A stretch of DNA of 64,000 bases from Lama guanicoe (Eukaryota), in assembly GCA_013239625.1 (NCBI GenBank), contig MU054132.1:992001-1056000 (forward strand), in the 5' to 3' direction. The notes under the pieces are model-generated. The model made no database searches and was not told the origin of the DNA. It saw only the letters and a program-made list of their open reading frames with translations. Below are positions 23,101-38,149 of the stretch, one piece after another; position 1 is the stretch's first letter, and every line of letters starts with the position of its first letter. Made by a program: the position numbers and the translations under genes.

Positions 23101-25529
23101 ATAGGCCTCTGGAAAGCAAGTGAGGAGGAGTGGGGTTAGCAGAGTTCTCACAGCCCTCAGGGAGAGATCATGGAAAGGACTGGGTTATTTCATGATCCTT
23201 GGCTGCTTGGCTTAGATCCTATAGTCTCATTGGGCCTCCTGGAGTGACCAGGAATAGAGCGTAGTCTCAGTCTGGGTGTTTGGCACCAGCAGGGAGAATT
23301 GGAGGGCTTGGACCTTCCAGGCAGTCTCTGGCTCAGGTGGCTCAGAAAGTGCAGGATGCTTGTCCAGAGCCCCCCATCTTGGAGGATTGGGGATGCCGGG
23401 CAAATCACTTCCCTGTCTCTCCCAGCACCTCAAAGCACTTTACTGACATTAAAATCTGTCTCTCAGTCCACTTGGCAAGGTAGGCTCTCCTTTTGGTAGG
23501 GGAGAATGCCAGGGCACCCAGACAGGTGACAGCTCACCTCAGGTCCCACTGGTACCCAGGGACAGGGCCAGTAATAGGACCCAGAGAAGCATCTCTGCCC
23601 ATGAGTGTCTCCTCTCTTCCCTCAGACTTAGATCTTTTCCAGGTCTGCTAACACCAGTCCTCCTGGCAGCCTCTTCCTTGTCCTGACAGCTGCCCCTCCC
23701 CACTCCACTGGCTGCCTGTTCACACCCCTCCCCCAGTTTTCCAGTGGAAGAACACCATTATAGTTCACAGAGTCTTTGCCTTATGTGGAGACCACATGTC
23801 CACTTTAGGCTCTGTCTGTAAAGTGCTTTGAAGGTCAAGAGCTCAGGAAGGGCGTGGGGAGCAGTTCAGTTTCTGCAGCACACACTGCTGCCTGTTCCCA
23901 TGAGGTTTCCACATGCACGGCCCTCCTACTGCAGTGGCCCTGACTACACACAGCAGTTTAGAAATAAGTACTTCTGGCCCCTCTGACCGTTTGACTTAGG
24001 TATTGAAGAAATGCCACCCCCTNNNNNNNNNNNNNNNNNNNNNNNNNNNNNNNNNNNNNNNNNNNNNNNNNNNNNNNNNNNNNNNNNNNNNNNNNNNNNN
24101 NNNNNNNNNNNNNNNNNNNNNNNNNNNNNNNNNNNNNNNNNNNNNNNNNNNNNNNNNNNNNNNNNNNNNNTTAGTTGGGATTAACCAGGCACCAGGCAGC
24201 ACGGCTAGGCACGGCCTCGAGCACGGGCAGAGGAGAAGACTGGTGCTGTTGGCTGGGGGCAGCTGCTCCGTGTGGGGCAGTCCAACAGGCCCTGCACCGT
24301 CGTCCCCGGAGGGGGACAGACCCCCTGAGCCTGACTGTCTCCTCACAGCTGCGTCTCCAGAAGGCATCCATGGGTGTCTGCATCTGCCTTCTCTTTCTCT
24401 CGCTCTCTTTCTTTAGCTAGAAAGGGTTCTTGCCTCTGTTCCTTTATCACAAAAGCAAAAGACCTCTTAGTCTGCATTGACTGTTGGACCTTTCTGCCAT
24501 GCTTTCTGATTCCCTAGAGGCTTTGCTGGTGCCTCAACTCTTAAGAAGAAAGAGTGTGGCAGAAACAGTCTCTGGTGTTCAAACAGGAAAACAGTGAACA
24601 GGCCAGTTGAATAGGTTACACTGCCCAGCAGAGTCAGATTTGGAATTGGAAAAAACTACGACTTCCTTTCCCAAGCTACCCCTTACTGTACTGCCAACCT
24701 CTTAGCAAGGCCTCCTTCCAAAGTAAAGGGTGAATAAATTAAGAAATTTGCCCCCCAAACCTCTCCTACATATCTTCCCCACCCACCCAGTTCTGAGACG
24801 TAGAGCACTCGAAAGCAACATGGGATAACATGCCTTCTGGCAGGATCCTGGGCACCATGGGACTTGTCTTCCCTGTCCATTCCCTCGTACAGGCATGTCA
24901 CCTCTTGGTGTGGTGGTCTACCTCAAGGGCCCTTGTGGCTTTACATGGATGGGAAAGCCGTGAGAATGGGTAGTGTGGTCAGAGGGGCCACCAAGCCCCT
25001 GTGAGTCTCCTTACCTTTTTTGTTGCCAGCCAGGTGGACCATTTCTTGCCATTTTGATCATCTGTAAAATACTTAACTATGATTAAGTTGACAGAACATT
25101 GGCTGAGACCCCTGGTTTCTTCAGATGTTGGTGGTCCCACTCACTTTGCCTCCAGAAGTTCTCTGTCCTGCCCAAGTCCAGACTATCTTGGGCTTCCTCC
25201 TCTTGGTTTTTCCTGGGGCCTTCAATGTTTGGGATCCTAAAACATCCTGTGTATTCAGCAAATCCTTTAACCTTAATTCCAAGCTTCTGAATGTCATTTT
25301 TTTAGCACTTTTAAGTACCAAATGTCATGCTTGATACAGAAGAGATGGGGAGGTCTCTGAGCCAGTAATCTCTTCCCTTTTTTTCAGAACTTCCCTCCTT
25401 TTTCATAGGCAGAGAAGTCAACTTTCTCTCCCCAAAGAATGGAGAGTGGAGGAGAAGGCTCAATGTTCGTAGAAAGGAAGTGGGGGGGTATGCCTGAGCC
25501 CCACTAACTTTCTTCAAGGTCTTCTAAAG

Positions 25530-25749
25530 CAGGAGTTGGCGAATTTTCTTTAAGGATCAGAGAGCAAACATTCTAGGCTTTGCAGGCCATGGGGTTTCTC
25601 TTGCACCTACTTAACTTTGCCATTATAGTATGAAAGCAGTAATGGATAATACAGAAACAAATGAGCATGGCTATGTTCCAATAAAACTTTATTTATCTAA
25701 ACAGGCAGTGGGCAGATTTGGTCTGCAGGCTACATTTTGGCCACCCCTG
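25530..25749. mobile_element. MER58A-like hAT MITE, near full length
   Basis: Terminal inverted repeats CAGGAGTTGGC / GCCACCCCTG, with hAT-like 8-bp flanks ttctaaag / ctctagac. Confidence 0.8.
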
Positions 25750-26896
25750 CTCTAGACCAATGAGGAGATCACAGAACCAGAAGGGTTCCAAGAGCAGATC
25801 TAAGAGTTGCCCTCATGTTACAAAAGGTGATGAAGTTTTTGTAGATCAAGTATTTGCTCAAGGTGACACCAACTGTTACAGCCCAGATGAAGTAAATGAT
25901 ACAGGAAGAGGAGAACAAGAGCTCTCAGAACCAGTTAGTTGGTTGGCATCATCTGACTTTCTTTTTTTAACATAAAATTTCAAACGTCTGCTTGAAATAT
26001 GTTTTCCAATATAGAGAAGATAGTATAATAATCCCCTGTGTACCTGTAGTCCAGCTTGAACATGAACAACTCATGGCCAATCTTGTTTTGTGTATAGCCT
26101 TCCACTTTGGAAGCAAATCCATGAAATGATAGCTTTTCAACCTTAGCCTGACTGAGTGACTGTCAGTGTATAGTGCTGTACTGAGGGTCCTGAGATGCTA
26201 GGACGGGCCCAAGCCCTGCTTTCCAGGTGAAGTCTTTCTGTCTAGGCTTCTGCCTTCTTCAGCTTTCAGATACCACAGTTTCCAAATTTGGCTTCAGCTA
26301 CTGCTGCCACCCCCAGATTTGGTAAGCTTCTGGATTATTTTGAGGGAATTTGGGCTGCCTACTCCTGAAGCCGGGTAGATGCCTTGGCTTTTGGCAAATT
26401 AAAGTTCCACTTGGCCAAATGTAAAGTCCTTGTAGAATCATTTTCTGCCCCAAGGGTCCTGCCATCCTAGTATGGCTGATCCGGGTAGAGGTGTTTGATG
26501 CAGATGGTATCCTCTTGTGAGTCAGACCATTGCTGCCAAGGCCACCTTCCGTTCTGCCCCTTTTCTGGTAAAAACCCACTGAGGAGGGAATGGAGGAGTG
26601 GGTTGAAGCTGTCCCATCCTGCCTGGGTCTACGTCTTTTTTTTTTTTTTTTTAGTCTACTTCTAAGGGACCTGTCCCCTGTTGTCTGAGACCTCAGTGGG
26701 CAGGGGCTTCTCTAACAGTCCTCTGCAAAGGCCCTTCCAAACATTTCCATTGTATCTTAAGCACAGCCATACCAAATGATCAGAGCCAGTTTTTCCTAAT
26801 TTTCTCAATTGATAAAACAGCGCAAGTTTCACAGCTGGCAAGTGGTAGAGTTGGAACTAAGTATTAGGACTCAAATCCCATGTTCTTGCCATAGGC

Positions 26897-27050
26897 CAGC
26901 GGTTCTGAATCTGATCCCGGACCAGCAACCTCAGTATTATTTGGAAACTTGTTGTAAATGTGGGTCTTGGGCCCCACTCCATAACTAATGAATAAGAAAC
27001 TGTGGAGGTGGCTCCCAGCAGCATTTTTAACAAGCTCTCCAATGGATCAT
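26897..27050. mobile_element. MER5A-like hAT MITE
   Basis: cagcggttct...ggaccagcaac...ggaaacttgttgtaaatg...gggccccactcca...tttttaacaagctctcca. Confidence 0.65.
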
Positions 27051-27749
27051 GGGAATCAGATCTAGAATTATAAAACAAACAACAAAACCCTGCCTCCCGG
27101 CTTACAAATTGCATTGCCAACCTGGTTCCAAGGGACTGAGACCTTGAGGTCCTTATTGCCACTGCCACTACCCCAAGGTACAGATTCAGTCTGAGTTGCA
27201 GCTGACCCAAAACCCTGCTGTTCAGTGCCAGGAGAGGCCGGAGAGGAACGAGCCTTGGCTAGAACCCAGGCGTAGTAGTTTGGAAACAGAATCCTATCTG
27301 GCTTTCAAACAAGTACAGGACAAGCAGCTTCAGACTTTCAGTGCTGGACTAGCTCAGTTCTTGGGCACAGTGCCCAAGTCTGGTATTTTTCCCCTTTTGA
27401 CTCCAGCCCTGGAGCTTAAATCTGGTCCGCTTAGTTTCAAGAGGTCTTCCCTGTCCTGGCTCCAGATTCTTCACCAGGGTTACTTTGTAAGCCGTTAAAT
27501 GAGATGGCAGTGCGGCAGTGCAGCAGTTCTCTTTCACTCTGCCGTCTGGAGTGGTAGCCAGTTTGGCGCGGGGTGAGAGGTATTTAGGGACCATGGGTAG
27601 GACCTAGAGGGAACTCCAAGTTCATTTCCTCCAATGAACATTGAGCTGAAGCTGGCCCTGCTTTCCAGAAAACCCCATTCTCTCTTCCTGCTTCAGATTC
27701 AGACGACGAGACTGTGGGTTTGGATTTACTGGAAGAGTGATTTCAGCAG

Positions 27750-28400
27750 GGTCCCCGCCCACGCCCGGTCTGCCCACCAGTTGAATGGAGCGTGGGCTCT
27801 GGAGCCCCTGGGCTGTGTGGGGCGGGAGCCATCTCAGCTCCGTCCCGGGTCCGCCCGTCCGGCAGGGGGCGCGCAGCGCCCGGCCGCCCGCTCCTGCCCT
27901 TATGCCCTGTCCCTGCCGAGCTCCCCGGTCGCGGGGGCCGGTGGGAGCGAGATGGCGGCCGCCAGGAGGCTCATGGCGCTGGCCGCCGGCGTCTCTCCGC
28001 GCCTGCGGCCGCTGGGTCCCCACACCACCGGGCGACAGGGGCGTTCGCGCGGCCTCTCGACAGGCTGCGCCCGCCCCGACCGCACCAAGGAGGCTGCCGA
28101 GGCCGAGGCGGGGGTGGCCCCCGGCGGGCCCGGGGAAGGCGACGGAAGCATGGTGAATGGTGAGGGCAGTGGCGGGGGCGGTCGGGCCGGGACGCCCTTG
28201 ACCCCTGGGGATGGCAGAGCTAGGGGCGGGGGCCCTCTTCGGTGGTGGTCGAGACCGCCATCCAATGGCGGGCTCCATCCCTGCTTTTGTAAAGCCCAGG
28301 CCCAAACGGACTCCAAGCGCAGAGGTTCTGGGACTGGAGCCCCTGCACCTGGCAAGAACAGGTGAGAGGTGCGTACCTCGAAGGAGTGGGGGAAAACAGG
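27750..28400. promoter_or_regulatory. DHX30: Internal CpG island / promoter for the mitochondrial DHX30 isoform
   Basis: Local CpG island with GC boxes (GGGCGG, CCGCCC) around the alternative first exon. Confidence 0.8.
27952..28159 (+). CDS. DHX30: DHX30 alternative first coding exon (mitochondrial targeting presequence)
   Basis: Strong Kozak gagATGG. Encodes [38 protein letters not shown]... (Arg/Ala/Leu-rich, no acidic residue in the first 42 aa). Phase-1 donor G|GTGAGG is in frame with the exon at 29902. Confidence 0.92.
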
Positions 28401-29879
28401 TAAACGTCCGGTTCCTGCCAGGATGGTGGTCAAGGGTTAGAGCATTAAGGGTAAGCACATCCTCACCGATGCAGGAAAGGGAAAGATACAAAATACACCT
28501 GGGACTCCAGGATTGCAAATAGAGACAGAATGATTGCTTTAGTGTATCCCAGCGCTGTGCCTCCTGAATAGTGCAAGAAATGAAACTGATAAGAGCATCC
28601 CTGCCCTGTAGAGCTGGAGAGGGTACCACTGCACATCTGCTGTTAGATATGTGGGCCTACTGGGCTACTTAAAGTTGGGTCTCCCTGTGGGATGGAACTC
28701 CTTTGAGTCTACTGAGATGTTTTTTCTTGACTACTCGATTCTCAGTTGCTTTACAAGTTACTGCTTAGAGGGAGACGGGGCCAGACAGAATCCTCTTGGC
28801 CAGTTGACACCGGAGTCTGCTCCAAGGAAAGAGTCTCAACCCAGCAGCAGGGTTGGATCAGAACTCCTGGAGGAGCTTTTTCCAAATACATAGACTTCTC
28901 CAACATCACCGCTATACTCAAGTGCTCTGTGGGGACCAGGGAGTGCAGTGCTTTGAAGTGCTTCCCAGGTGACTTACGATTGATGCATGCAGGTGCACAG
29001 GTGCATATATGTATTCCCTATAAAATTCCTTTTTGGAGCTGGTTTAAAGTTGAATTATAATGCCAGGGATTGTGAGTGGAGAGTGAAAAAGCTTCCCGTT
29101 TCCTCTGCTGGTCTCTGACCCTGGTCCACTCTTGTTCTCTGGGGCTCTTCCTTGTTTTCAGCCACTCCCAGCAGGCTTCTTCATGGTCTGGCTAAGCCCT
29201 GTGTTTGGCACAAGCTGCCCCTAGGTGGATATCTTAACCTATTTGGCTCTGAGATTGATCCAAAGTACACGTTTAAAAAGGTACTTCTCGTGGTGTCTGA
29301 TGCATACTGCCTCCGCTTGATTCACTCCAGTGAACTCCGGGGAGGCGTAGCTCATGCCTGTGTCTCAGCTATGGAAGGCCCTAATCAGTGTCCCTACACA
29401 TAATCTGGCTCTGGGGAGGCTTTTTGCAGGGTGCTGAAGTACAGTTGAGAACTGGAGCCAATCCTCCCTTTTGTGTGTCTTATTTTAGAAGGGAGCCTCG
29501 CGTTGTCTTGATCTCTTGTGCACATATGTGGTTAATTTTGTTCTGCTTTTTGTTGAGTGCCTTCTTTCAGACATCAGACTAGGGGATTGTTACCATGTAG
29601 GCTTCTGTAGCTGATACGTTAAGTCATGAGCTTGGGTGGGGAAGAGGATGCTGGCTGGTTCCCCTGTGGTGTTTAGGGCATTGTCCCTTCTCTTTCAGGA
29701 GATGATCATGCAGTGGGTCTAGCCCCATGTTCCCCTGTAAACCCAGAAGCCATTTCTCCCTCCTTTTCTAAGATGCTTCTGGGTGGTTTGGGGTCACGAG
29801 CCAACATCCTCAGTATCCAGACCAGGGTTGCCCTGATACACAACCCATGGAATTTTTAAAAGAGAAAGAGCAACTATAA

Positions 29880-30104
<225 letters not shown>

Positions 30105-30602
30105 TAGCTTTCTTGTCAAGGAGGCCATAGAGTGGGTTTTCTGAATTGAGAACGGTCAGTGGAGAATCTCAGAGCAAAGCTAGGTCTGGAGAAGAGCCTG
30201 GTTTAGGGAAATGGAACAGGGCAGGTGAAGGGAGGCATTCTCATCTTGTGTAAGGCAGGCCTCCGCACGGATCCCTGGTTCCCCGTCAACTAACTGGGAT
30301 TGCAGAGGGTTAGAGTTGACAATAATTCCTGCTGCCAGAGTCATGTTGGTCCTGGGACCCACAGACGCATGCAGGCAAACCATTCTGAATGAAGACTTTA
30401 AGGATAAATTAGGTTCCATCTTGCCCTGTCTCTGGCTAGGACATGGCACTTGGAAGCAGCAGAACAACCTGAGGTGGGATGAGGGGCTTGAGGGTGCGGG
30501 AGTCAGAGGCTTACAAGGAGCTAACGTCGTCGCTGGGGGTCTGTGCTGCACATAGCTCTGCTGCTGTGAGGTCCACAGCTTTGCTGTTGATTGTCCATAT
30601 GA

Positions 30603-30827
<225 letters not shown>

Positions 30828-31993
30828 TGACGGTCTCTCTGGTGCCAGGCACACCCAGGTTTAGGTTGGCAGGATGTTCAGCCACACACCTGTCCTAAGC
30901 CCTGCCAGCTTTGTGATCCTATTCTTGCTTCAGGCGATGAGGGAATAGATACTTATTTTTTTATTCCTGTAGTTGTCTACTTTCTGTGGTTTCAGAAACC
31001 ACAGAGAAGAACCTTTTAGGCAAAATACTCCCTATGTGCAACAGCATGGATAGACTTCTATCTTGGTTTCTGTTTTTCTTTCTCCATTATTTCACATAGG
31101 TTTTTCCTTGTAGCCACGTAGTCCTCTCTCACTTAGAATGGAAGCATGATATTCACTTCTCTGACCTCCCAGTGGTTGGACATGGGTTGCTTTCAGTTCT
31201 TGGTTACCCAGCATTTTGTAGACCTTCGTTGTTGCTCCTAGCCTCTCTCTCCATCCCTAATTAACTCCCTTTGTGGCTGTGCCAACCTTGAATCTTCCTC
31301 ACGTTCCTAGGTCTTCGTCTCTGCTGACAAAGACAGAGCTGTAGGACGTATATACCTTCAGCTTCTCTTCCACTCATGGTCTCCAGACCTTCATCGTCCC
31401 TGCCTCCCTCCAGAATCTCAGGAAGAGAGGTCCCTCTTCCTATCCTGGGCCCCAACATGACCCTTCTCTTTTCTCTGTCCCCTTTCTGTGTGTTTCTTTC
31501 ATCTCCTCTCCCACGCTTTTATTTAATTTTCAGATCCTTCCTCATCTGTTCCTTTTCTGTAGGCATCCGTCAGTGTGCTAATCCCTTCCCCAGGCCCTGC
31601 TTCCCCTGCACACAGCTCTCTCTGTGCTTGTGGTTTGCATTTTTCCACTTCAGTGTCACAGCTCTTGTGGTGGTGGCTGGTTATCTTCGCAGCTTCACAG
31701 CGCCTCATGTGTAGCAGTGGCCACCGGGTGGTTGTTCGCTGATAGGAGCAGCGCTTTGCTAGGCTCGTCAGCCTCATCTCAGGTCGTCACTCTCGTGAAT
31801 GTTCTATGGCCTTGGCACTGCCTGGCATCTCGTCCTCAGCCCCTGGCTTAACCTCTCTGGGTCACTCCACGCTCCTCCTCTCCCATTCTCTGTAAACATC
31901 TGTTTTTTCTGTGTTCCTCCCTGGGGACATCTCTCAGCGGGTTCTGTGTTTAATGTCTCAGAAATCCCCATTTCCCATAGAGCATCTCTACCT

Positions 31994-32187
31994 TAGGGGT
32001 TCCCAACTTGGGGGTACTTTGCCCCTCAGGGGACATTTGGCAATGTCTAGAGACATTTTTGGTGGCCACAGCTGGAGGAGTGCTACGGGTGAGGCCAAGG
32101 ATGCTTCTACACATCCTGCACAGAACAGTCCCCACAACAAAGAATTTCCTGACCCAAAATGTCAGTAGTGCCGAGGGTGAGAAATTC
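31994..32187. mobile_element. MER20-like hAT MITE
   Basis: ggggacatttggcaatgtctagagacatttttgg...gaggccaaggatgct...cccacaacaaagaatt...aaaatgtcagtagtgccgagg. Confidence 0.8.
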
Positions 32188-32309
32188 TTTTCTGGCTGGA
32201 TGTTGAAGGCACTTTGAACAGAGACTGTTTGGTCTCTGGAAGGTGTGATCACCTTCCTCCCCAGCACGGTCTCTGTTCCCTGTCTACGCTCTTAGCCTTT
32301 TCTGTTTGT

Positions 32310-32893
32310 TTCTGTGTTTGTTTAACTGTGGTAAAATACACAAAGTATAAAATTTACCATCTTAGCTGTTTTCAAGTGTATAGTTTAGCAGAATTAAGCC
32401 ACACTGTTGTGCAACCAATGTCTAGAACTTTTGGATCCTGCAAAACGAAATCTCTGTATCAACTCCCAGTCTCCCCTTCCCCGCAACCCCTGGCAGCCAC
32501 CATCTTACTTTCTAAGGATGACTGTTGTAAGTACCTCATGTAAGCGCAGTCATGCAGTATTTATCCTTTTGTGACTGGCTTATTCCACTTAGCATGAAGT
32601 CCTCTAGGTCCGTTCATGTTGTAGCATGTGTCAGAATCTCTCTCTTTTTAAAGGCTGANNNNNNNNNNNNNNNNNNNNNNNNNNNNNNNNNNNNNNNNNN
32701 NNNNNNNNNNNNNNNNNNNNNNNNNNNNNNNNNNNNNNNNNNNNNNNNNNNNNNNNNNNNNNNNNNNNNNNNNNNNNNNNNNNNNNNNNNNNNNNNATTC
32801 CCAGAAGTTGAATTGCAGGATCATATGGTAATTCTATTCTTAATTTTTTGAGGAACTGTCATACTGTTTTCTACAGTGGCTATACCATTACAT
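32310..32893 (-). mobile_element. L1M 3' end (interrupted by N gaps)
   Basis: ttgtgactggcttattccacttagcat...gttcatgttgtagcatgtgtcagaat...ttttgaggaactgtcatactgttttc. Confidence 0.8.
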
Positions 32894-34591
32894 NNNNNNN
32901 NNNNNNNNNNNNNNNNNNNNNNNNNNNNNNNNNNNNNNNNNNNNNNNNNNNNNNNNNNNNNNNNNNNNNNNNNNNNNNNNNNNNNNNNNNNNNNNNNNNN
33001 NNNNNNNNNNNNNNNNNNNNNNNNNNNNNNNNNNNNNNNNNNNNNNNNNNNNNNNNNNNNNNNNNNNNNNNNNNNNNNNNNNNNNNNNNNNNNNNNNNNN
33101 NNNNNNNNNNNNNNNNNNNNNNNNNNNNNNNNNNNNNNNNNNNNNNNNNNNNNNNNNNNNNNNNNNNNNNNNNNNNNNNNNNNNNTTCATAGCCTTTGCA
33201 TTCCTCAGGGTTTGTACTCAGAGTTCTTGAGCTCTTCTCTCTTCCTCCCAAACTGGATGTGTGTTTATTCCACATCACCCTCAGGCTTGGAGCAAGTGCT
33301 GGCAACACAGGTGACTCAGGTTGCTCGTGGAGAAGCCACAGCCTGGAGGCGAGGCACCCACTTGAGGAAGTGCACTCTAGCCTCCTGAATAAAATAGGCT
33401 GCTCTTGAAGAATGAGTAGAAGTTTGCCAAGGACAGGGATGGGGAGGGAACTCCAGACCCAGGGCCCCGTGGCATGGAAGAGGGTGTGAGCCCACAACCA
33501 AGAGGAGTGCCAGTGTGGATCTGAGTGCCTAGTGATGGTGCCGATGGGTGGGCAGAAGCCAGAAATCCAAGGCCTTAGATGTGTCAGCCAGGAGTGTTGA
33601 TTGACCCTGGGTGCTGGGTCTTCTGGCTGGTGGTAGTTGATGGAGGGCAGTCTCTAGCAGCAGTGCGCTGGGAGGGTCGGACAGGAGGCGGCACAGGAGA
33701 GGGAGGAGCCGGGAGCATCGCTGCAGGAGCTCTCTTCAGGGCGCCGTAAAGAGCTGGCCAGATGGAGGAGGAGGGAGGCAGGGTGGGCTGGTGGGGAAGC
33801 ATGAGCTGGTAGGGGAGCCCTGGGAGGGAAGCGGCTTGGGAGGGTTTCTGAGGAGAGAAGAGCAGCAGGCAGGGGGGCGCACAGGGGTGTCCTCAGGGCA
33901 CCTCGCCGGCGGGGGGTGAGTGGAGGTGGGGAGGAAAAGCCTGCTGTCCCCCTGGGCAAGGCCAGCTTGAATTCCTTGACCTTTACGCTCTGCTCCTGTT
34001 ATTCTAGTTTCTTACTTGCTTTTTTGTTCCTGGTCTGCATTTCTCTTCTGCCTCTTAGATTCTGAGCTTCTTGAAGGCAGGGACCAGGTCTCTCTCCTGA
34101 TGGTGCCCAGAGTGGCCAGCATGTTGCTTTGCATATGCTCCTCATTCTCAGCAAATGTTTTATTTGATTTTCTCTAAAAAAGAATGAAGCTGTGATACAT
34201 TTTAAAATAACATTTTTGTATACAAGGCTTGAAAAACATTTGAAGTTATTTCTAGAGTATGTTCCGAGGATACGATTATTGTGTCAGAGGTGTATCTGTT
34301 TTATGGTATAGACAGCATGTCTCCCAGTTGCTACACTCAAGGAAGCTTCCCAGATCACATGGCGAGTGCGTCTGCTTTCCATTGCCCCGTGGGGTTTTTG
34401 TTTAGTTTTATAAGAACAGGTGTAAGAATTTGCTTTGTCATTTTTACCTGTTGAAATTAGACAAGTGAAGTGCTCTCTTCCTGCCCAGATCTGGGCTAAG
34501 GGCTAAGGGCTAAGGCGGGCAGACAGGTGAACAGGCTTGGCTTTCACACGAGGGACTTACAGTGTAACTGGGCAGGTTCCAGGCAGCTTGA

Positions 34592-35531
<940 letters not shown>

Positions 35532-36222
35532 TAGAAGTGTGTGAGGGTGGGGAGCTGGCGTGGTCCAGCCTGGTTTTCCCCAAGACCAGGCAGGAGGGAG
35601 CCCACAGGTGTGCAGGACGGCCGAGGATACCTGCTCCTCCAGCCAGCCCAGGCCAGCTGGGGGGAACTCGAGGTCCTTGGTGGGTGAAGCAGTAGGGACA
35701 GAATGGAAGTCAGACACAGGCGCCAGGGACAGGCTGGGGACTAGGAGTGGAAGACCCATGTTTGTTCAAGGGTGGTGGGCCGGAATGGAGGGTGGGTGGC
35801 TGACTTGCTGAGGCATGAATTCGTCTTTGCTGCCAGGCTTTGAGGCTTCGGTTAAGGTACAAGGAAGACCTTTTCCTTCCCCCAGAATGTGCCTGGTTTT
35901 TAGCTCATGGTGACAGCTTCATCCTACCTGGTTGCCTGGAAGGTGCTGAGAGGACGGTGGGCTAAGAGGGCAGGGAGTGAAGTTGCCCAGATGCCATCTC
36001 ATGCTGTGAAATCATGTTACAGTAGAGAAGCCAGGCTCGGGTGTGGGAGGTGCAGCCCTAGGGGACTGGCTTCTGCCTGTACGGTGGCACTTCTTTCGTG
36101 GCTGATGTTTGCGGCCTGCTCATACGGGGGTTTATTCCCTGTCTGGGTCCTCGGCGTTCTGAACACCACAGATATTTTCATTCCCTACCTTTATGTAACC
36201 ATCTCTCTTGCCCTTCACATAG

Positions 36223-36396
<174 letters not shown>

Positions 36397-37996
36397 TGAT
36401 GCATTAGATGTCCTGGAGTTCCCTGTTACCCTTGGCAAATTGATCCACTTTCCCAGGAGGTGAAATCCACCATACCAGGCCTTTGGCCTGGGTACGTAAA
36501 TATCTGGTGTCCAAGCCTTGCTCATCAGGCTGTGGGGCTGCTGTTTCCACGGCTCCCCCACAGTCCCCCTGGAGGTGCTTTGCCTGTGAGCTCAGCCTTT
36601 CAGCATTGGGGGCCGGAACCTGGGTGGAGCCAGGAGACATGCTCACCATTTTGAATGGCGTCCAGCTGGAGGAATTGTCTAGTAAGATACTGATAACCTG
36701 GGCTTTGTGGCCAAAACAATTCTTTATTTGGGTTGAAGACCGAAGGGATCAATTTCAAGGCAAAGGCGGTGTGGCTTAGAGCTGGCAGCTGTTTTGAAGA
36801 GGCTTTGGAGGTCAGCTGACTCCCCAGTAGTGGGAGTTCGATTGTGCTGGGGCTTGGGAGAAGTTAGTAACCTGAACCCAATGGAGGTCTGGTTTGCAGA
36901 ACAAGAGAGAATGGTCAGATATACCTTTGGTGCATGTTTGGCTCTGGAAAGTGAATTTTGGATACAGCTGATGGTGAGAGGTAACAGGATCCTGGAGAAC
37001 TGTAGAGGAGCAAGTGGCAAGAGAGAATGATGTGTTCCCTGTAGCTCAAGAGGGCAGAGCTAGGGCTTATTGGGAGAAATTTGAATTTTAACTTGAAGTC
37101 TGAATTTTAGCTTGATAGACAACAAATAGTGATGAGAGGCCCCCCCGCATGGTAGAGGTCTGTCTCGGAAAGGAGCAAGCTTCCCAGAACAGCTGGCTGC
37201 CCCGGTCGGAGAGGCTGAAGGTAAATTCTCGCAGTCCTGGAAAAAGACGGAGGCCTCTCCTGCAGCTTAGTGACCCTGTTGGCACCTCCTGTATTCTAGG
37301 GACTATAATCCCTGCCCTTGTCTGCCAGGAGGCCAGAGGAAGGGGATTGGTCCCTGCAGGGGTAGCCTTCTTAGAGGAGGGAGTGTTTGATTTGGGCTTT
37401 GGAGGGAGAGCCCAATCCAGATGTGACAGACCATCCGGAAAACTGGTTGGTTTTCCACACTTCCCCAGTGTGTGGGAATGCCTTTGGGTATGTAGGGAAA
37501 TAAGATGCAGTTTCCCTTCCAGTGGCTTATTTGATCAAGTTGCAGAAGTAGATGCTTACAGAAATTCCAGGCACATTTTGTATGATGGGATCACAGATGG
37601 ATGGGTGTCATGCAGAGAGAGAAGGTGGTGTGGTAGCTGGACCTGAAAGTTTGTGGGGCTGGGGTGGGCTTTGATGAGGCAGCAAAGTCAGAGGAGCCTG
37701 TGAGGTGTGTTAAGGGAAGAGGAAGAGATTTTTCAGGGGCACTCACCCTGTTTTACTTAAGACACATCAGGTCTTGTTTTTCTTCAACTATTTTAACACC
37801 CCATCCCCCCCCCTTTTTTTGGTGGAGACTTTTATTTTTCTGGCTCCTAATTTCTCCTTCCTGCATTGTCTCAGCCAAAACCCAGAATCTCTCAGAAAAG
37901 AGGTTGCTCTGTACAACTTGTTTGGAGCTCCTGAGCCAGTCTGGGCCAGTTCTGGGGAGATGGGTGTAGGCCAAGCTATACGTGTCTCCTCTGCAG

Positions 37997-38149
37997 AGTC
38001 TGGGCCTGGTGGACAGGAACAATGAGCCGCTCACCCACGCCATGTACAACCTGGCCTCCTTGCGCGAGCTGGGTGAGACCCAGCGCCGGCCATGTACCAT
38101 CCAGGTGCCGGAGCCCATCCTCCGCAAGATAGAGACCTTCCTGAACCAC
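37997..38149 (+). CDS. DHX30: DHX30 exon ([12 protein letters not shown]...IETFLNH)
   Basis: AG/GT boundaries, 153 nt. Confidence 0.95.

Noticed and set aside
27622-28629. 335-aa minus-strand ORF across the internal CpG island
   Set aside because: Stop-poor GC-rich DNA antisense to the DHX30 presequence exon; low-complexity Arg/Pro/Gly product with no recognisable domain.
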